This document shows, piece by piece, positions 14,205 through 28,534 of a DNA stretch of 64,000 nt; positions within the stretch are counted from its first letter, which is position 1, and the number at the start of each line of letters is the position of its first letter. The DNA lies in NCBI GenBank assembly GCA_045837725.1, contig JBEWZL010000048.1, positions 124,001 to 188,000 on the forward strand, given 5' to 3'. The DNA comes from Vermamoeba vermiformis (taxonomy: Eukaryota). The translations under genes and the position numbers were made by a program. The notes under the pieces were generated by a model. That model saw only the letters and a list, made by a program, of their open reading frames with translations, did not search any database and was not told the origin of the DNA.

Positions 14205-16442
14205 TTAATTGTACCAAAACTTTTGAAATTTGGCAGGCAATACATTAATCTCGTCAGACACAGAACTCTCATCGTCTAATGTCTTTTCATATGCGCGACG
14301 ACTAGAGCACCGATCGCACATGCAAAAACAGTCGTGTTCATATTTGTTCGAGGGCTTCTTAGGTTTGTAAGAAGGTTGAAAGCCGTGAAGAATTTTCGTG
14401 TCAGGCAATTTGCTTGATAGGTCTAAGATGATCGGGATTGACTTTTCATTATAACCATGGCTCCATAAGTACTTTTTGTGGACCAGATCCAACACTTTAA
14501 GCTGCGTAAATCTGGCCAGACTTTCCATAAATGGTTTGTGCGAGGTCGCTGCGTGTTTGAACGACAACATTTGCAGCGATGAAATTCCTGCAAAGACTTT
14601 CAAGACATCGTCGCTGAGAGCTGATTTCAGAACGTCTAATCGTGTCAGTGGCAATTCGCCAACGGTCTTCAAGATTTCAGGCAGATCGAATCCAAGAGCC
14701 AAAGTCAAATTGGATATTGTTGGTGGCATTTTTAACCGACATCCATAAAAGGGATATTTCAATAACAATCGCTCCAAGTTAACGCAGCCAGTGAAATCTC
14801 CGTCCACGATCATTTTTGGGAACTCTAATGCCCGCAAGTTAGGCAATGAGATCACGTGCCTACCACGTGACTGGAAGTCCAATTTGAGAAATTTCAAGTT
14901 GACGTAGTCGTTGACACTTTCACCAATCGAACAACGACAGACCAATCGAGTGAGATTAGGCGCTATGATAGGCGTCCATTCCTTGAGCCCTCCAATGTCT
15001 AACTCCTCTAATCTAGTCATTTCCGGTGCGATAATGTATGAAAATTCTAGTGCTGTGAGTGACACTAATCGCGTCATAATCTCCGGTGCCAGATGTAACG
15101 TCGAAAATTTTCCCGTCGACCAATACGTTGTATGAGACAGACTTAATGATACCGTTAAATAAGGTATAGTTGTATTAATTACTTACTCTAATCTTATGAG
15201 CTCAGTGAGGCAGGTCAAATAATTCAATTCGTTGTTGTACTCGCTCACTAACCGCACGTACAATCCCAAGTCCGTCAGATTTGTTAACACTGCTATATTT
15301 GATATTAATTTGATGGGCATAATCTCGTCTTTCACCACTAATCTCGTTAACGCTGTCAATTCGAAAATCCTCGTGAAATTTTCATCCAGCAACTTGCTAT
15401 GCCGTATTGTCAAACTCCTCAACGTAGTACATTGTGCTATGTAATCGATCACGTCAAACTCGCCGTTGTCATTCCCTTTTGGTCGAATTCCGTGTAATGT
15501 GAGTTGTTGTAATGACTGAAAAGACTTCAAAAAGTCACACTTGAAGTGCATTGGATCGTCAAGATAGAGCGGATTGGCAACAACGATAGACCTATCATCA
15601 TATATATATATATTAGCATCGTATAATATAATCATTCTATCACGTACCTTGAATGCCGGATCGCTGTGCTGATTAATTTGCCTACGCTGATAAAATGCAG
15701 CAGCTCTGTGATTGTTAGAAATGAAGCTATACAGCTGATAATTTCCTAAATAGTACATTAGACAATAAATTTGATAAATTTAACACTTACGACTGGCAGC
15801 GAAGACAACAAGCCTTCGTTACAAGCAGATCCCCAGTGACCAACCCTTTTGCAATGATAACACCGAGGATCTAAAGAATATTAGGCCTAGTGATGTAGAA
15901 TATCGGAAAGCTACCTTTTCTGACGGGTACTTTTGTAGCAGTAAAGTTCAAGCTGTGTTTTTGACGCATCCAACGAAGAACATCTTTACCGACCGATTCT
16001 CGTTCAAATTGCAGGTAAAAAATACCTAGTGACATTATTTAACGTTAAAATTTAGGGAAAAAATGTGCTTGAACAGGTTTGTAGCCTTCTTACCTGCCCG
16101 ATCTTTCTTGATATTTTGTAGGTTGAAGTTCTTTAACTCTAGAATTGCTTTGTCTCGAGACCAATGAATATCTCCTGAATTATAATAGGTTATTTAATTA
16201 TTCCAAGATTTTTCTAACGTACTGATGGCGTAATTGACTGGCAAATCCGGCGCAGCTGTTGAGTTCTACGATATGGTGAGTTGATATTACTACTATATCG
16301 CAGCATTACCTGTCCATGCTCTGTTCTATCTTCTTCCTCGAGATCCAAGAGTGCAAAACGATTGCGAGTTCCGATCCGAATTACTGGACAATATCATCAG
16401 CTTAAAAAATCCGTTTGTTGACAACTTACAACTCGACTCCAT
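14205..16442 (-). CDS. CCHC zinc-knuckle + F-box + leucine-rich repeat protein
   Basis: Manual splicing gives MESSLIRIGTRNRF..., then CYHCKRVGHWGSAC, LLSSLPV/EIISCIASFL (F-box), then LxxLxL repeats in ORFs 15183..15758 and 14205..15077. Confidence 0.7.
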
Positions 16443-16888
16443 TAATTCATATGAGCACTCATGTTATTACGATTTAAATAGCAGAAAAAAGCAGAAAAAA
16501 ATCAGTACGGAAGGCAAAACAGAATTACTATGTTTGGTTCTCTGAGATTCAATGAGAGATTGCAGATAAAATATCACCAGTCTTGCCTATTTGCTCTACG
16601 TAGCTGTCGTGCGTCGTCTAATTGTCACATTGCTTCAAATATCCTTTGCCAGTCAATCTTCAGCATGAACAAGTGCTTCTTAGTAACTACCTGCTGATAT
16701 CCATTGCCTTTCTAGCCTTTAGTTATTTAGCGATTTCGAAATATCAAGTAAAATTACCTTGGCTGCTGTTTTTCGAGATCACAAAAATGATTTTCTCTGC
16801 GCAAAATCTTTTCAAACAATTTCAAACTTTCCGAAAGGATACGAACACAGCTCTTAGTGTATATTTATTGTGTTAGTATTCTGTCATA

Positions 16889-19800
16889 ATGGCTACTCCT
16901 ATTTCTGCTGTTGTAGGCGAAAAGGATCTGCGCATCCGAATTGAAGAAGCAGTTCTTAAAGCCTCAAAAAATAAGGCAGTCCCTCCTAAACACAAGCACG
17001 AACGAAATATCCTTTTAAACACCATAATTAGTGTATTTGAATCGAATCCGAAGAAACAATAATTCGGAAATAATCAAAAAGATTTTCTAATTTATGTAAC
17101 CCTTAACTCTTCACACATATTATTATAGAATCATGGAACGAACGAGGAGCTACCCTTATTTATTCAGAATTATTCAAAAGACCTTTGGGCCAGAAAGATA
17201 TCGTGGCTTACAAAGTACTCATCGTTATTCACAAATTATTGCGTGAAGGACACCCTCAAGTAAGTATAATATGACATTAATTAATGGTGAATTATTAAAT
17301 CATTTCTCTTCCGAAAATGAAAATTTTTCCGGATGCTTTTCCAGATCTCAGTAACTCCTTTTCAGCCCCTTACAATATCGCTAATATGCTATTGATAGGT
17401 TATTATCGACTCGCACTTGCGCATGTCCTTTTTTGAGCAATTGAGATTGAACTACAGACGTCTGCCGACCGGTAAATATTAAAAATTATTAAAAATCACT
17501 TAATTAGCTTAAATTCGTACAAATAAGCTCCTAATTAATTTTAATACTCGACTATAAGCATTACAATATTTACGGAGATTAAAATCGAAACATTTCAATA
17601 GAAGGAAATCTCTTGATTTCTACGCTCTATTAGCCGCTAATCATGTGTTATATTAATAGAATACGGCCGATTGATTGCCAATTATGTTACATTCTTGATC
17701 GACAAAATCAATTTCCATCACTTGCACCCCGAAGTGGATGGCAGCATCTCGCTCGAAAAATTCATGCAAACAAGACACGAAACTTTGAACGTGGAAAAGG
17801 GGTATGTAAAATTATATTCTAATTATAATTTCCCTATTCCTATATTTTCGCCGCTGTCACACGAATTTTTCATGCGAGCTTTCGATTGTCTTGCCGTATT
17901 GAAGCCCCTTTGGATTTAATTAATCATTACCTCAATTATACAAATTATTTCTGTCATTTAGCTGATTATTTCTCCTAGTATGACTTTGGCGACCCATTTG
18001 TTGGATCTTCAAAAATCAGTGCTCGACTTCCAAAAGACGGTATTCCAAGAGCCCGCGCTCAGTGATTGCAAAGCAGCCGCATTTATTCCGCTCGTTATCG
18101 AGTCATACGCCATTTACACTTTGACTGTCTGGCTTTTGAAACGCATTGCTGAACGTATGTGTCATAACAAGAAATTTCATCGAACAAACTTTTAATCTTA
18201 TTTTTATATTTATTTAGGCACGACCGATATGTCTTTATTCTCATTTTTGACTGAACGATTCTACCAACAATATCCTGAGATCAGAAAGTTCTACATTGAC
18301 TGCAGCAATATCAAGTACGTCATCAGCATCATTGCCGTGCCCAGTTTGCCCGCTGAACCACCACAATTCGAGCCTGGCGACAACATTCCTATTGCCAAGC
18401 CCAAGAAGAAGCGACAGCCCAAGCCTGAGCCCGAGCCTGAGCCTTCATACGAATTGGACTTGCCCGAACAACCTGAGCCCGAGTTCAATCCTCGTGCTAC
18501 TTTATCGCCCAATGATCTCAACGCGTTGTTCCAAGCCATTCAACCTGTTCAACCTATCGTGCAGACCCCTCCTCAACAAGATTGGTTCGCTTCGATGTTG
18601 CCGCCCACACCTGTCGTGCCCGTCGAACCACCCAAGACCGAGATCCGCACTGTCGTCAAGACTGAAATCCCCGAAGAAATTTTGAAGAAGATTGAGGAGC
18701 TCGAAGCTCGCATTCGTGCCTTGGAAGCTGAGAACTCTGGCTTGAAGGGCTTGCTCGAACAATTGAAGAAAGAAAAGGCTGTCTTGTTGAAACAAAACGC
18801 CAACTACAAACAACAGTTGGAAGACGCTGAACAACGATTCGAAGATGAAAAGTTGCGTTTGTTCATGGACCAAATTCAACAAGCCTCTGATATGTTCCGC
18901 AAAGCTCAAATCAACTTTGATGACCCCAACGACTCTGGCAACCAGTCTGCCAATCCTATGGACGTCTTGACTGCCGCCGAAGAAATGCGTCAAGCTTATC
19001 AAAACTTGTTGGACGCTCTAAACAACGGTGGTGACGTTATTGGTGCCACTCGTCTCTTAGCTGAAGCTGCCTCGCGCTTGTTGGCCAACGGCAAGGGCTA
19101 CGCTCAATTCATTCAAGACCCCAACTTGCGCATGCGCTTGCTCGATGCCGTCAGATCTTGCGGTGACGCCATTGCTCGTATGTTGGAGAACGTCAAGAAG
19201 TTGCAAGGACAAAAGCCCGATGACGCTCAAGCTGAGTACTTGAACCGTCAATTGGGCAGATTGGATGGTCACTTGGGCAACGTTAGATCTGCTGTCGATG
19301 AGGCCTCCAGCGAGAACAACTTGGACACTGGCATTGATCTTGAAGACTTGGCTGAGCGTGAGTTGATGAATGCCGCTAAGATGATTGCCGATGCTGCTTC
19401 TGCCCTCGAAGCCAGATCGCGCGAACGATCGAAGGTCCCCGAGAGCGAAATGACTCTCGCTGACTCCATTATGGGTGCTGCCATGGGCATTACTTCAGCC
19501 GTTCAAGCCTTGCTCCAAGCTGCCACTGAAGCGCAACAAGAACGTGTGCGCAAGGGTCGCAGCTCCGATCCCAATGCCGCCAAGTACCACCGTGACCCCA
19601 TGTGGGTTGAAGGTTTGATCAGCGCTGCTCGTGCTGTCGCTGAAGCCACTCGCCAATTGGTCCACTGCGCCAACGAGGCCTCTGAAGGTCGTTTGGAAGA
19701 AGCCGCCCTGATTGCTGCTGCTCGTGCTGTCACTGCCGCCACTCAACAACTGGTCGCTGCCACTCGCTCCAAGTCCGATCCCTTCAGCGAGACTCAAGGC

Positions 19801-20868
19801 AAGCTTGACCGTGCTGCCAAAGCCATCACCAATGCCACTCAAGCCCTTGTCAATGCTGCCAAGAGATCAAAGGAGGACGAAGAAGCCGCTTTGTTAGCCA
19901 AGTACGAGAACTTCCAAGGCAAATTCCAAGAGGAGTTCGAGCAAACCACAAAGATCATTGCCATGGAGAAACAACTCGAAACGGAACGACGTGTCTTGGC
20001 CACTATGCGCAAGGGTCGTTACGCTGACTCGAGCACCCCTGCTCCCAAGGGCCCTGCTCCTGAGATTGTGAACAAGGCTAACACCAATGCTAAGCCTCAA
20101 GCTCAAGGCACCATTGATCAGTCTCCTCAATTCCAAGGTGTTGGTTCAAGTAAGTCAAAACAAACTCGTGTATTTACTGCGTGTCAGACTAACCTGTGCG
20201 TATCAATAGAATCTAGCGCAGTTCCTGCTTATCAACGCAAGATGGAAGAGTCACTTGGCCGCGGTGCTCCTTCAGGTGGAATGCCCAAGGCTCAAGGTGG
20301 TGCCCCTAAGGCTGCTCCTGCCAAGCAAGGTCAACAACAACAGCCTCAAGCTGGTGGTTTGAAACGCGCTGATTCGAACATGCCTCCTCGCCAAGCTCCC
20401 CCTCAAACCGCTCAGTACACCGTCCAAACCACTGTTGCTGCCCCTAAGCAGCCTGCTCCTGCCGCCAATGCTAACCAACAAGGATTTTTGCCCAAGGAGA
20501 AGCAGATGGAGAAGTTTTTGGCTAGCAACGAAAACAACACCTTCAATGCTATTAAGGCTCAAGAACGATCAATGAGCTCCAATCCTCGCGAAGAACCTCA
20601 ACAATTCACTCCTCCTCCTTCTTTGGCACAAATCCGAGAACAACAGGAAAGACAGCAAGAGATCCGAAAGATTGATCAGTTCTTGTTCGGTGATCAAGGC
20701 CAAATTGTTCAACAATACCCTCCTCAACAACAAGGTGGTGTTGCTTATTCTCAGCAGCCTCCTCAACAATACCCTCCTCAACAGCAAGGTGGTGTTAATT
20801 ATTCTCAACAACCTCCTCAACAACCTCAACCCCAACCCGCTCGTAACCCTTACAACCCATTTGCCTAA
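16889..20868 (+). CDS. HIP1: Sla2/HIP1-family endocytic adaptor (ANTH, coiled coil, I/LWEQ talin-like domain, C-terminal NPF)
   Basis: PKHKHER-NIIIESW, KVLIVIHKLLREGHP (ANTH); WVEGLISAARAVA (I/LWEQ); ends YNPFA*. Contains a 60-nt in-frame intron candidate at 20150..20209. Confidence 0.9.
17007..17116 (+). other. U12-type AT-AC intron in Sla2/HIP1
   Basis: 5' end ATATCCTTT, branch CCCTTAAC at 17100..17107, 3' end AC. Removal restores KHKHER-N-IIIESW in frame. Confidence 0.9.
20710..20820 (+). repeat. Coding tandem duplication (about 54 bp x2; QQYPPQQQGGVxYSQQPP)
   Basis: Two near-identical copies visible in DNA and protein. Confidence 0.8.
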
Positions 20869-21309
20869 AAAGGATCCCGGCTCCGAAACCATTACAGTTC
20901 TTAACCGTCATAATATAAGCCTCGCGGTTCTCTAAGGACTGAACTTTTATTTAATATAATAAACCTTATTTATTGTTTCAATAACGAGCATAGTTTAGAG
21001 GGGACACGACAAGCAACTGGTATCGACCTGGTTTCTGAAGTTGAAATCTCGCTAGAGTACATATGTAGATGCATATCATTGCAGCAGCGTTGAAAGTACT
21101 GCAGGTTGATTGATCGAGCACATCGATGCTCTTTGGGAAATTTCAAAAAATGAGCTGAAACAAAATCTTGTCTTCTTTGTGTCAGAGTACAAGTTCATAG
21201 TAATTGACGACAATAGCAATAATACGGGCTTCTTGTTATTTGTAGTTGGCCTTATAATAGCATTGTTTCGAGCTCACCCACATTGCAATTTGTAACGTTA
21301 CAATAGAAG

Positions 21310-24300
21310 ATGAGCTCGCCAGACCTCAACAACTCGACTGATTCACCGACAGAGTCGAATGTAGCTCGTGCTCGAAAGCGTATGTTAATAGAAATGCAGC
21401 TTGAATATTCAGTGTAACTTCGTTGTCCCCGCAAGATCCTAAATACCGTTTCAAATTATAATTAATTATTCATACGAAATTTTAAATCTCTAATAATAAT
21501 GCAAGCTCGTATTTATTTTAATTGATTATTGTGGCTCTGCGGATTAACGTTCCCCTTTCTTTTTAGTCAAGCTCCGCCAATCGACACCCAATTTACTATT
21601 GCAAGGCACGCTGTAAGTTTTTTGTATTATCATACCATTTTATATTAAATTGCTCCATTGAATTATTTCGGTTCACATCTACGGGAGATCCAATTAAACC
21701 GAGTTAGGAGAAATTAGCTAATATTTGTAGTGCTGGAAGCCCTAAAACTCCTCGCAAAGGAAGCGATTTAGAAGAAGCAAGACCTAAATTGGATGAGGTG
21801 CGTATTGAAATTGAATTTGTTCACCTCCGCAAATCAATAAGATTTATTATCCGAAATTAGAATTATTTGCAAGTATTTACGCAAATCTATTTATTTCAAC
21901 CATTACGATATTATTCAAGCGGTTTTGTGTACGCAAAGGTCCTGACGAATCAGTCCGGTTAAGTGACGTCATCTATTTATAGGACTTGGTCGGTCTATTT
22001 AAGGAAGTAGTGCGTCAATTAGGCATCTCGCAAGAAGATCAAAACAAACTCACTTTGCTCGTCGATACTTTCGCGCCAACAGAAAATATTTCGAATGCTA
22101 AAAAACAGAATATTTTGGTATGAGAAATAATTATTAGCTTAATACTAATTGAACAAATACGCCTTTCCATCTTAATTTTTTTTAATAATTGTTCCTTTAT
22201 TTTTAATAGTGATCTGAAGATTTTGTATTTAATTCAATATTATATTAATAGCGCTCTGTTCGATCATATTGTCAAAATACCTTGGATAAGACAAAGAACA
22301 GCAAGTCAGTTATCTGCATTCAGAGCTACATTCGAGGCTGGAACGAAATCAAAAGTTTGCAACGATTACGTAAGTGTGGATCCTCTACAAACATTTTCCT
22401 AATTTAGAAAAACGCTCTATTGTGAGTCCACTTCGCAATTGTTGCGGTTTTCAGGACAAGAAACAAATCACATAACACCAGCACATTGCAATTTTACGAT
22501 ATTTATTTTCGAAACATTTACTCTAATCACTAATCTACTAATGCAGGCAAATTATATTCAACTGTTTCATGGCCTGATCGTAACGCTGAATTGCGAGATT
22601 TGTTCACTAAAGAGAAAGAATATGTGCACGTGTTGGAAAAGATCGTCAACGTACGTCACGGACACAATTATAACTCACTACGTATATTAATACTACGCGT
22701 CTATTATAGGACTACTTGATTCCGTTACGTGAAGAGAAGATTTTGAAAGTTGAACATATTCAATCTATTTTTTCGAACGTGGAGACATTGTTATTCGTGC
22801 ACAAGTATGACTCCTATATAAGCGCTATATATACGGCCAATTAACATTCTTCAATTAAAGGGAGTTCTTTAAGAAGATAATGGACTTAAGATTGAACTGG
22901 CCTCACATCACTGGTGTCGGATCTGCTTTTATTAGAACTGTAAGTCAGTTAACATAACATCAATAGACTATACAATATTGAACGTTGACTATAACTGCCT
23001 ATCTCAATAATCTACGGTTGATGTAATATGCAAAACATAAATACTAACAATGGTCTTAGGCCGCAAGCTTGTCGTGCTACTCAAACTACGTAGAAAACAT
23101 TTCACACGCCACACTTACCTTCCAAAAATTGTCCGAGGAAAACGACCGATTTAGAGCCTTCTTGGAAAAGAGAGCAGCCTCGGACAAGTCAGGCATGCCC
23201 TTGAGCGCACTGTTGTTCTATCCCTTGAACAGAATCTCACAGTACAAGATCGGTCTCGAAGTAAGCCCCACGGATCCAACATCTTTGTCGTGCTTGATAA
23301 TTAATGCCTCTTTTTCTCGCGTAGAATTTGCTGCAAAAAACACCTCGCAAACACTCGGACTACAATCAACTGGCACGTGCTTGTGACATGATGCAGAACG
23401 CGTACACATACATTGAAAAGTCGATGGCCTTGTCTAAAAACAGAGCTGCTATTCTTGAAGTTCAACGACGTTTGGGCATGGAGGTAACGAGGTGTTTCCA
23501 AATTAGGCAAAAAATTTATTGCACACGGATCCCATAATATTTTTAATACGAGTTCAATTGTTCTGATATCAAACGTTACTTTTAGAGCAATGAGTTAGTG
23601 TTACCTGGTCGCGAGTACATCTTCGAGAATCAAGTGCAGATCTTGAAAAAAGGCAAGAAACATCCTCGACTCGCTATCCTTGTAAGTACTTCCTGTTCTC
23701 CTTTAATATTATAATACTCAAATTACTATGATGAAACTCAAAAAATGCGTTGTTCTATTTCGGAACTAATTATGAATGAAAAATGACCTGTCTGATCCTT
23801 GTTCAAAAATAACTTCCATACACTAGTCCTCGCTCTAGTACTAATGACTTGCTGATTAGTTCAATGACATGCTATTGCTCGCCAAGTCGTCAGAGAAAGC
23901 TACGGACAACATCAAATACAAAGCCATCATTTATTTTACTTCGCAAGACGAAGTGCACGCGGAGACCGATAAAGACGGTACGTTTTATTTTCTTTTTAAC
24001 CGTTATATCCTTACCCTTTCCTAATTAGGCAAGTTCCCGCTTCGCTTGGACTCGTACAGAAACAAAGACGAAGAAGAGAATGAAAACGAGAACCCAAAGG
24101 AAAAAGAGAAGGAGAGCAAGACTAAAGAGAACTTGGGTAAGTAGCTGCGACTTAGTTAAAGGTAGATGAGTAGATTACTAAATAAGGCAATCTCTTTGGT
24201 GTAGTTTCGTACCGTCTCGTGTTCAGCACCGAAAAGGAACGCAAAGACTGGTTGGAATTGATCAACAAACAGCTCAACGGTGTCAAGATCAAGAGCACAA

Positions 24301-25717
24301 ACGGTAATAAGACAACGACTTCCTTATTAGGCAACCATCTAATCTCTGCGCTAGTGTTTGGTTGTCCACTGAGTGAGCTGTTGAAAAAAGATCCGAAGAA
24401 TCCTAAAGTGCCATTTGTCGTCAAGACTCTTGTCACTGAACTCGAAAAACGTACGCAAAGACAACACTATTAAACATACTACCCTATTAACCCCGCTACT
24501 TAGACTTGACAACGACTGGTTTGTTCCGTGTGCCTGGTCGCGAGAATGAAAACAGAAGATTGAAAGATGCACTTGACACGCGTATGTACTACGCGAGGAT
24601 AACTTGTTTGAACGTAACTAATGCTCCTGTTGTAGTTGAGCCTGTGAACTTGGATTTGACGCACGTTGATCCACTAGCCATGGCTGACGTGTTGAAGATT
24701 TACTTCAGAGAACTGCCGGATCCGATCTTCACGTTCGACATGTACGATAAATTCATGAACCTCGAGGGTAAGTCGATCACGTGCTATAATAACCACATGC
24801 ACCATTAGCTAATTTGTCCCCTTAATTTGTAGCTGAGGCCACTAGCGAAGATGATTACCATAAAAGGCTATTAGTGCTGATCAATCAACTGCCGCAAGAT
24901 AACCGCAATGTCTTGGTCTACTTGATCAAATTTTTGTTGCGCATTTGCGATGTCAAAGAGAATTTGATGAGCACAGCTAGTTTGGCAATCATTTGGGCTC
25001 CAACATTGTTGTTCCCTCGCCGTGAGACTATCGAGAGCACTTTCTTGATGCCACGTGGCCACAAAATGTTCCAAGTGCTCATGGACAACTTTTCATTTTA
25101 CTTCCAAGAAGAACTGCCCGCTCCATCAGCCGCTAGAACGACCAAGAAAAAGAAGAAGAAGAGCGTCATTCAATCGCAGTTGACGCGTGGTGAGAAGTGG
25201 ATGCTCGAGACCTTCGCATTGATCGATCAAGAAGACCCCCAAAAGGCCAAAGCTTCCACGACCTCTTCGCAAACGACTAGCACACCTGTGTCACATCATA
25301 CAAAACAACCTTCGACTGAATCGCCGATGTCACCAAAGCAGCCCAAGACGTAAGTTTCGCATGACTATCTTCCCATGGGAATGCACTTCTAACGTTACAT
25401 TTTGCAGCCCTACGAAAGTAGCCGCGCCCACAACGCCAAAGAACACGCACTCGGCCGCACGCACGGTTGTGAGCAGTCCTAGTGGCCTCTCCATCGCACC
25501 TACCGTCACATCACCCGTCAGTCCGCGCGATGGTCCCTCAACCTCTCCACGCTCGCCTGGGGCACGACCACCCAGTCCAAGTTTGCCCTCCAGACGTCCG
25601 CACAATGAAGGCAACTCGTCGCCGAGAGATGCACCGCCCATGTTGCCCGTGTTGTCTGCCAACTTGCCTCCACCAACAGCGTTGACCAAGTCGAGAACTT
25701 TCTTGGCTAAGAAATAA
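21310..25717 (+). CDS. DH (RhoGEF)-PH-RhoGAP protein with Pro/Ser-rich tail
   Basis: DH-like LFYPLNRISQY, PH-like FSTEKERKDWLELI, RhoGAP VFGCPL..VPFVV..GLFRVPG..LKIYFRELPDP..NLMSTASLAIIWAPTL. 5' exons approximate. Confidence 0.82.
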
Positions 25718-25858
25718 TAACAAGGTGTATTTTATGTATAAAGTTTTACTTAATATACGCGGCCTGCGAGTAATGCGTTCAAACGGCAAAAACGTTTAGG
25801 CTTTCGGTGTTATTGTTTTTTTCAGCGACACAAACACATCCACAGTTCGCAACAAACA

Positions 25859-26499
25859 ATGCCTAATATTCTTATTACTGGCACTCCTGGCACCGGCAAG
25901 ACCACGCTTGCTGGCATGGTTAAGGACTCTGCGAAGCTCAACCACATTGAAGTCTCACAGTTGATCAAGGACAAAGGACTGCACGACGGCTACGATGAAA
26001 AATTCGATACATATATATTAAATGAAGATAAGGTTTGCGATGAATTAGAGGACGTTATGGCTTCGAGAAACAACGTGGTGGATTTTCACTCATCGGACTT
26101 CTTCCCCGAACGCTGGTTTGATTTAGTCATTGTACTTAGAACTGCAAATGATATGTTATTCCCCAGACTCCAAGCACGGTAATTATTTTTAATTTTTTTG
26201 TAAATCCACTCGCGATCCAGATCTCCAATACTTTTCTCAACTGCTCAATAATCGTTATTTTTCAATTATATATCATTTTGATATTATTATAAAATATTTA
26301 TATGGTCTATTTGAATAGTGGATACTCTGAGAAGAAGGTCACAGAAAATATTGAAGCCGAAATCTTCCAAGTGTGCCTAGATGAGGCCCGTGAGAGCTAT
26401 AAGGCCGAAATTATTTGGGAATTGGCCAGCAACACCGTTGAGGATATGGAAAACAACTTAAAACAGATCTTGGCTTGGATCCAACAATTCAAGAACTAA
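25859..26499 (+). CDS. AK6: Adenylate kinase 6 / Fap7
   Basis: PNILITGTPGTGKTT, VVDFH, FFPERWFDLV, GYSEKKVTENIEAEIF; one intron 26179..26338. Confidence 0.93.
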
Positions 26500-26699
26500 A
26501 GCACTTTAACAACCACAGCTACAGCGACCACTTATGTAAATTAATACTCGTATTGCGGTTGATAAATTAATCGATTAAGTTTGGCCGATCTCAAAACACA
26601 CACAGCCGCGAGTTACACGCATTTTTTGTTGTTTAACCAGTATGAGCACCAAGCACCTGTAACATAGGAAATTTTATTTATTTATTTATTTAATACATT

Positions 26700-28534
26700 A
26701 TGGACCCTACTACGACCGTATATGATACGAAAGCAATCAAGACAACACCAGCCCCTGTTGAAGATATTGGATGGGACAAACTGGACAAGAAGAAATTCTT
26801 TTTATCGAGCACAGTGTTCATATTATCAGTTAGAGCACTAGTCTATCCAATTGGATTGATTAAAACACGCATGCAAGTTCAAAGGGTAAATTGGAAATTA
26901 ATTCATTTTGCCGTTATGACTTTGGCAATTAAATAACTGAATCAAACCATAATAATAATATGTAGTATACCACTGCATATATTATTGCGCACCTTTCTAA
27001 TTTTTACGATTAAATTTTAATTTTTTGTTTAGGAAAAACTCTATCGTAACTCCTTTGACGCGTTTAAGAAAATATTAAGGAACGAAGGACCACGAGGTAA
27101 TTAAATTATATGTATATAAGCAATTCTAACTATTGTTAGGCCTTTACAAGGGACTTAGTGCGTCACTTTTCGGGGTGCTTCCCGCCCAAGTAAGTAAAAG
27201 TGATTTCACTAAATTTTAAATATAATTGGCATTTATATTATGTAGTCCATTAATTTGTGATATTTATAGGCTGCTTATATAACTACATATGAAATCACCA
27301 AAACTGAAAGTCTAATTCTACTTCAAAATACAAATGCGCTCAAAGAATATTCGCGCTATGGTACGTCTCATATTACTTGCATATTATAGTCTCGAAAAGA
27401 TGCTAATCTGCTATTTTGAACTAGATTATGCTGTTGCAAATTTTATCGGAGGTGGTGCCGCTTCATTAGCTTCAGCTAGTGTTGGTAAATATCGTTCATA
27501 TTACCATATATGATATCACTATCGATTTTTTATTAAAATGACGATCGATTTATTGAAAATAAACTATAACTAATTGATGATTAGGTGTGCCTCTTGACGT
27601 TATTACACAGCGATTACAAATTCAAAGTTCAAGCGAAAAACTAACAAATTTCAATTACCGTGGCGGTGTCGGTACGTCTATGATAATATTATTATAATGC
27701 CATTATTACAGAATAAGCAAATCCACTCGAAACATGATGTGACACGCGACTAATTGATCGATACAATGCAGATGCATTTTTCAAGATATTTAAAGAAGAA
27801 GGCGTGCGTGGCCTATATCGAGGCTATGGTGCTTCAATTGTGACTTATTCACCGACCTCTGCTGTCTGGTACGATAATTCTACTGCAACTCACTAAATTC
27901 ATTTGTTAGCTATTAAATTAATCAGCACCATTTCTCTTTTTGTAAGTATATTAATATTTTCTATATTATAGGTGGTCGAGTTATAGTGTATATAAAAGAG
28001 CATTCGCGCCTCTAGCAAAAGGAAATTCAATTTTAGAAATGATGATATTCAGCGTATGCGGTGCTTTATCTGGAGCAACCTCCGCAGTAAGTGAACAATA
28101 TGACATTTAACAATGATATTATGCTGTGATTGGGCCTTCAGTTGTTAATTGACGTCTCTATAGATGGTTACAAATACATTGGATGTGGCCAAAACAAGAC
28201 TACAAACTCAAGATTATGCACCATCGACAGGCAAAAACCCTAGAAATATTCTTTCGATGTTCATTCATATATGGAAAACAGAGGTACGTAAAATCAATCA
28301 ACACCGCCACTACATCCAATATCAAAATCAGTCAGTTAACATTAGTTTGACTTGCGCACCATCGATCCCATATTAAAATGCATATAAACTCTTATTTTAT
28401 AGTACTGATGTATTTTACAGGGACTTTGGAAGTTATGGACTCGCGGATTAACAGCCCGAATGACTTCAATGGCCATTACCGGCAGTATAACGATATTCGC
28501 TTACGAGAATGTAAAGAAAATAAGTAAAAACTAA
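26700..28534 (+). CDS. Mitochondrial carrier family protein (SLC25A44-like)
   Basis: DIGWDKLDKKKFF, carrier motifs YPIGLIKTRMQ, VPLDVITQRLQ, NTLDVAKTRLQ; many short introns. Confidence 0.85.

Noticed and set aside
16630-16845. U12-like donors ATATCCTTT (+, 16639) and GTATCCTTT (-, near 16842)
   Set aside because: They lie between divergent start codons with no matching branch point or required frame junction.
23728-23795. ATGATGA...CTGA spaced like a C/D snoRNA in a RhoGEF-RhoGAP intron
   Set aside because: No terminal stem, no clear D'/C' pair, and only a 7-nt possible rRNA match; consistent with chance in AT-rich DNA.
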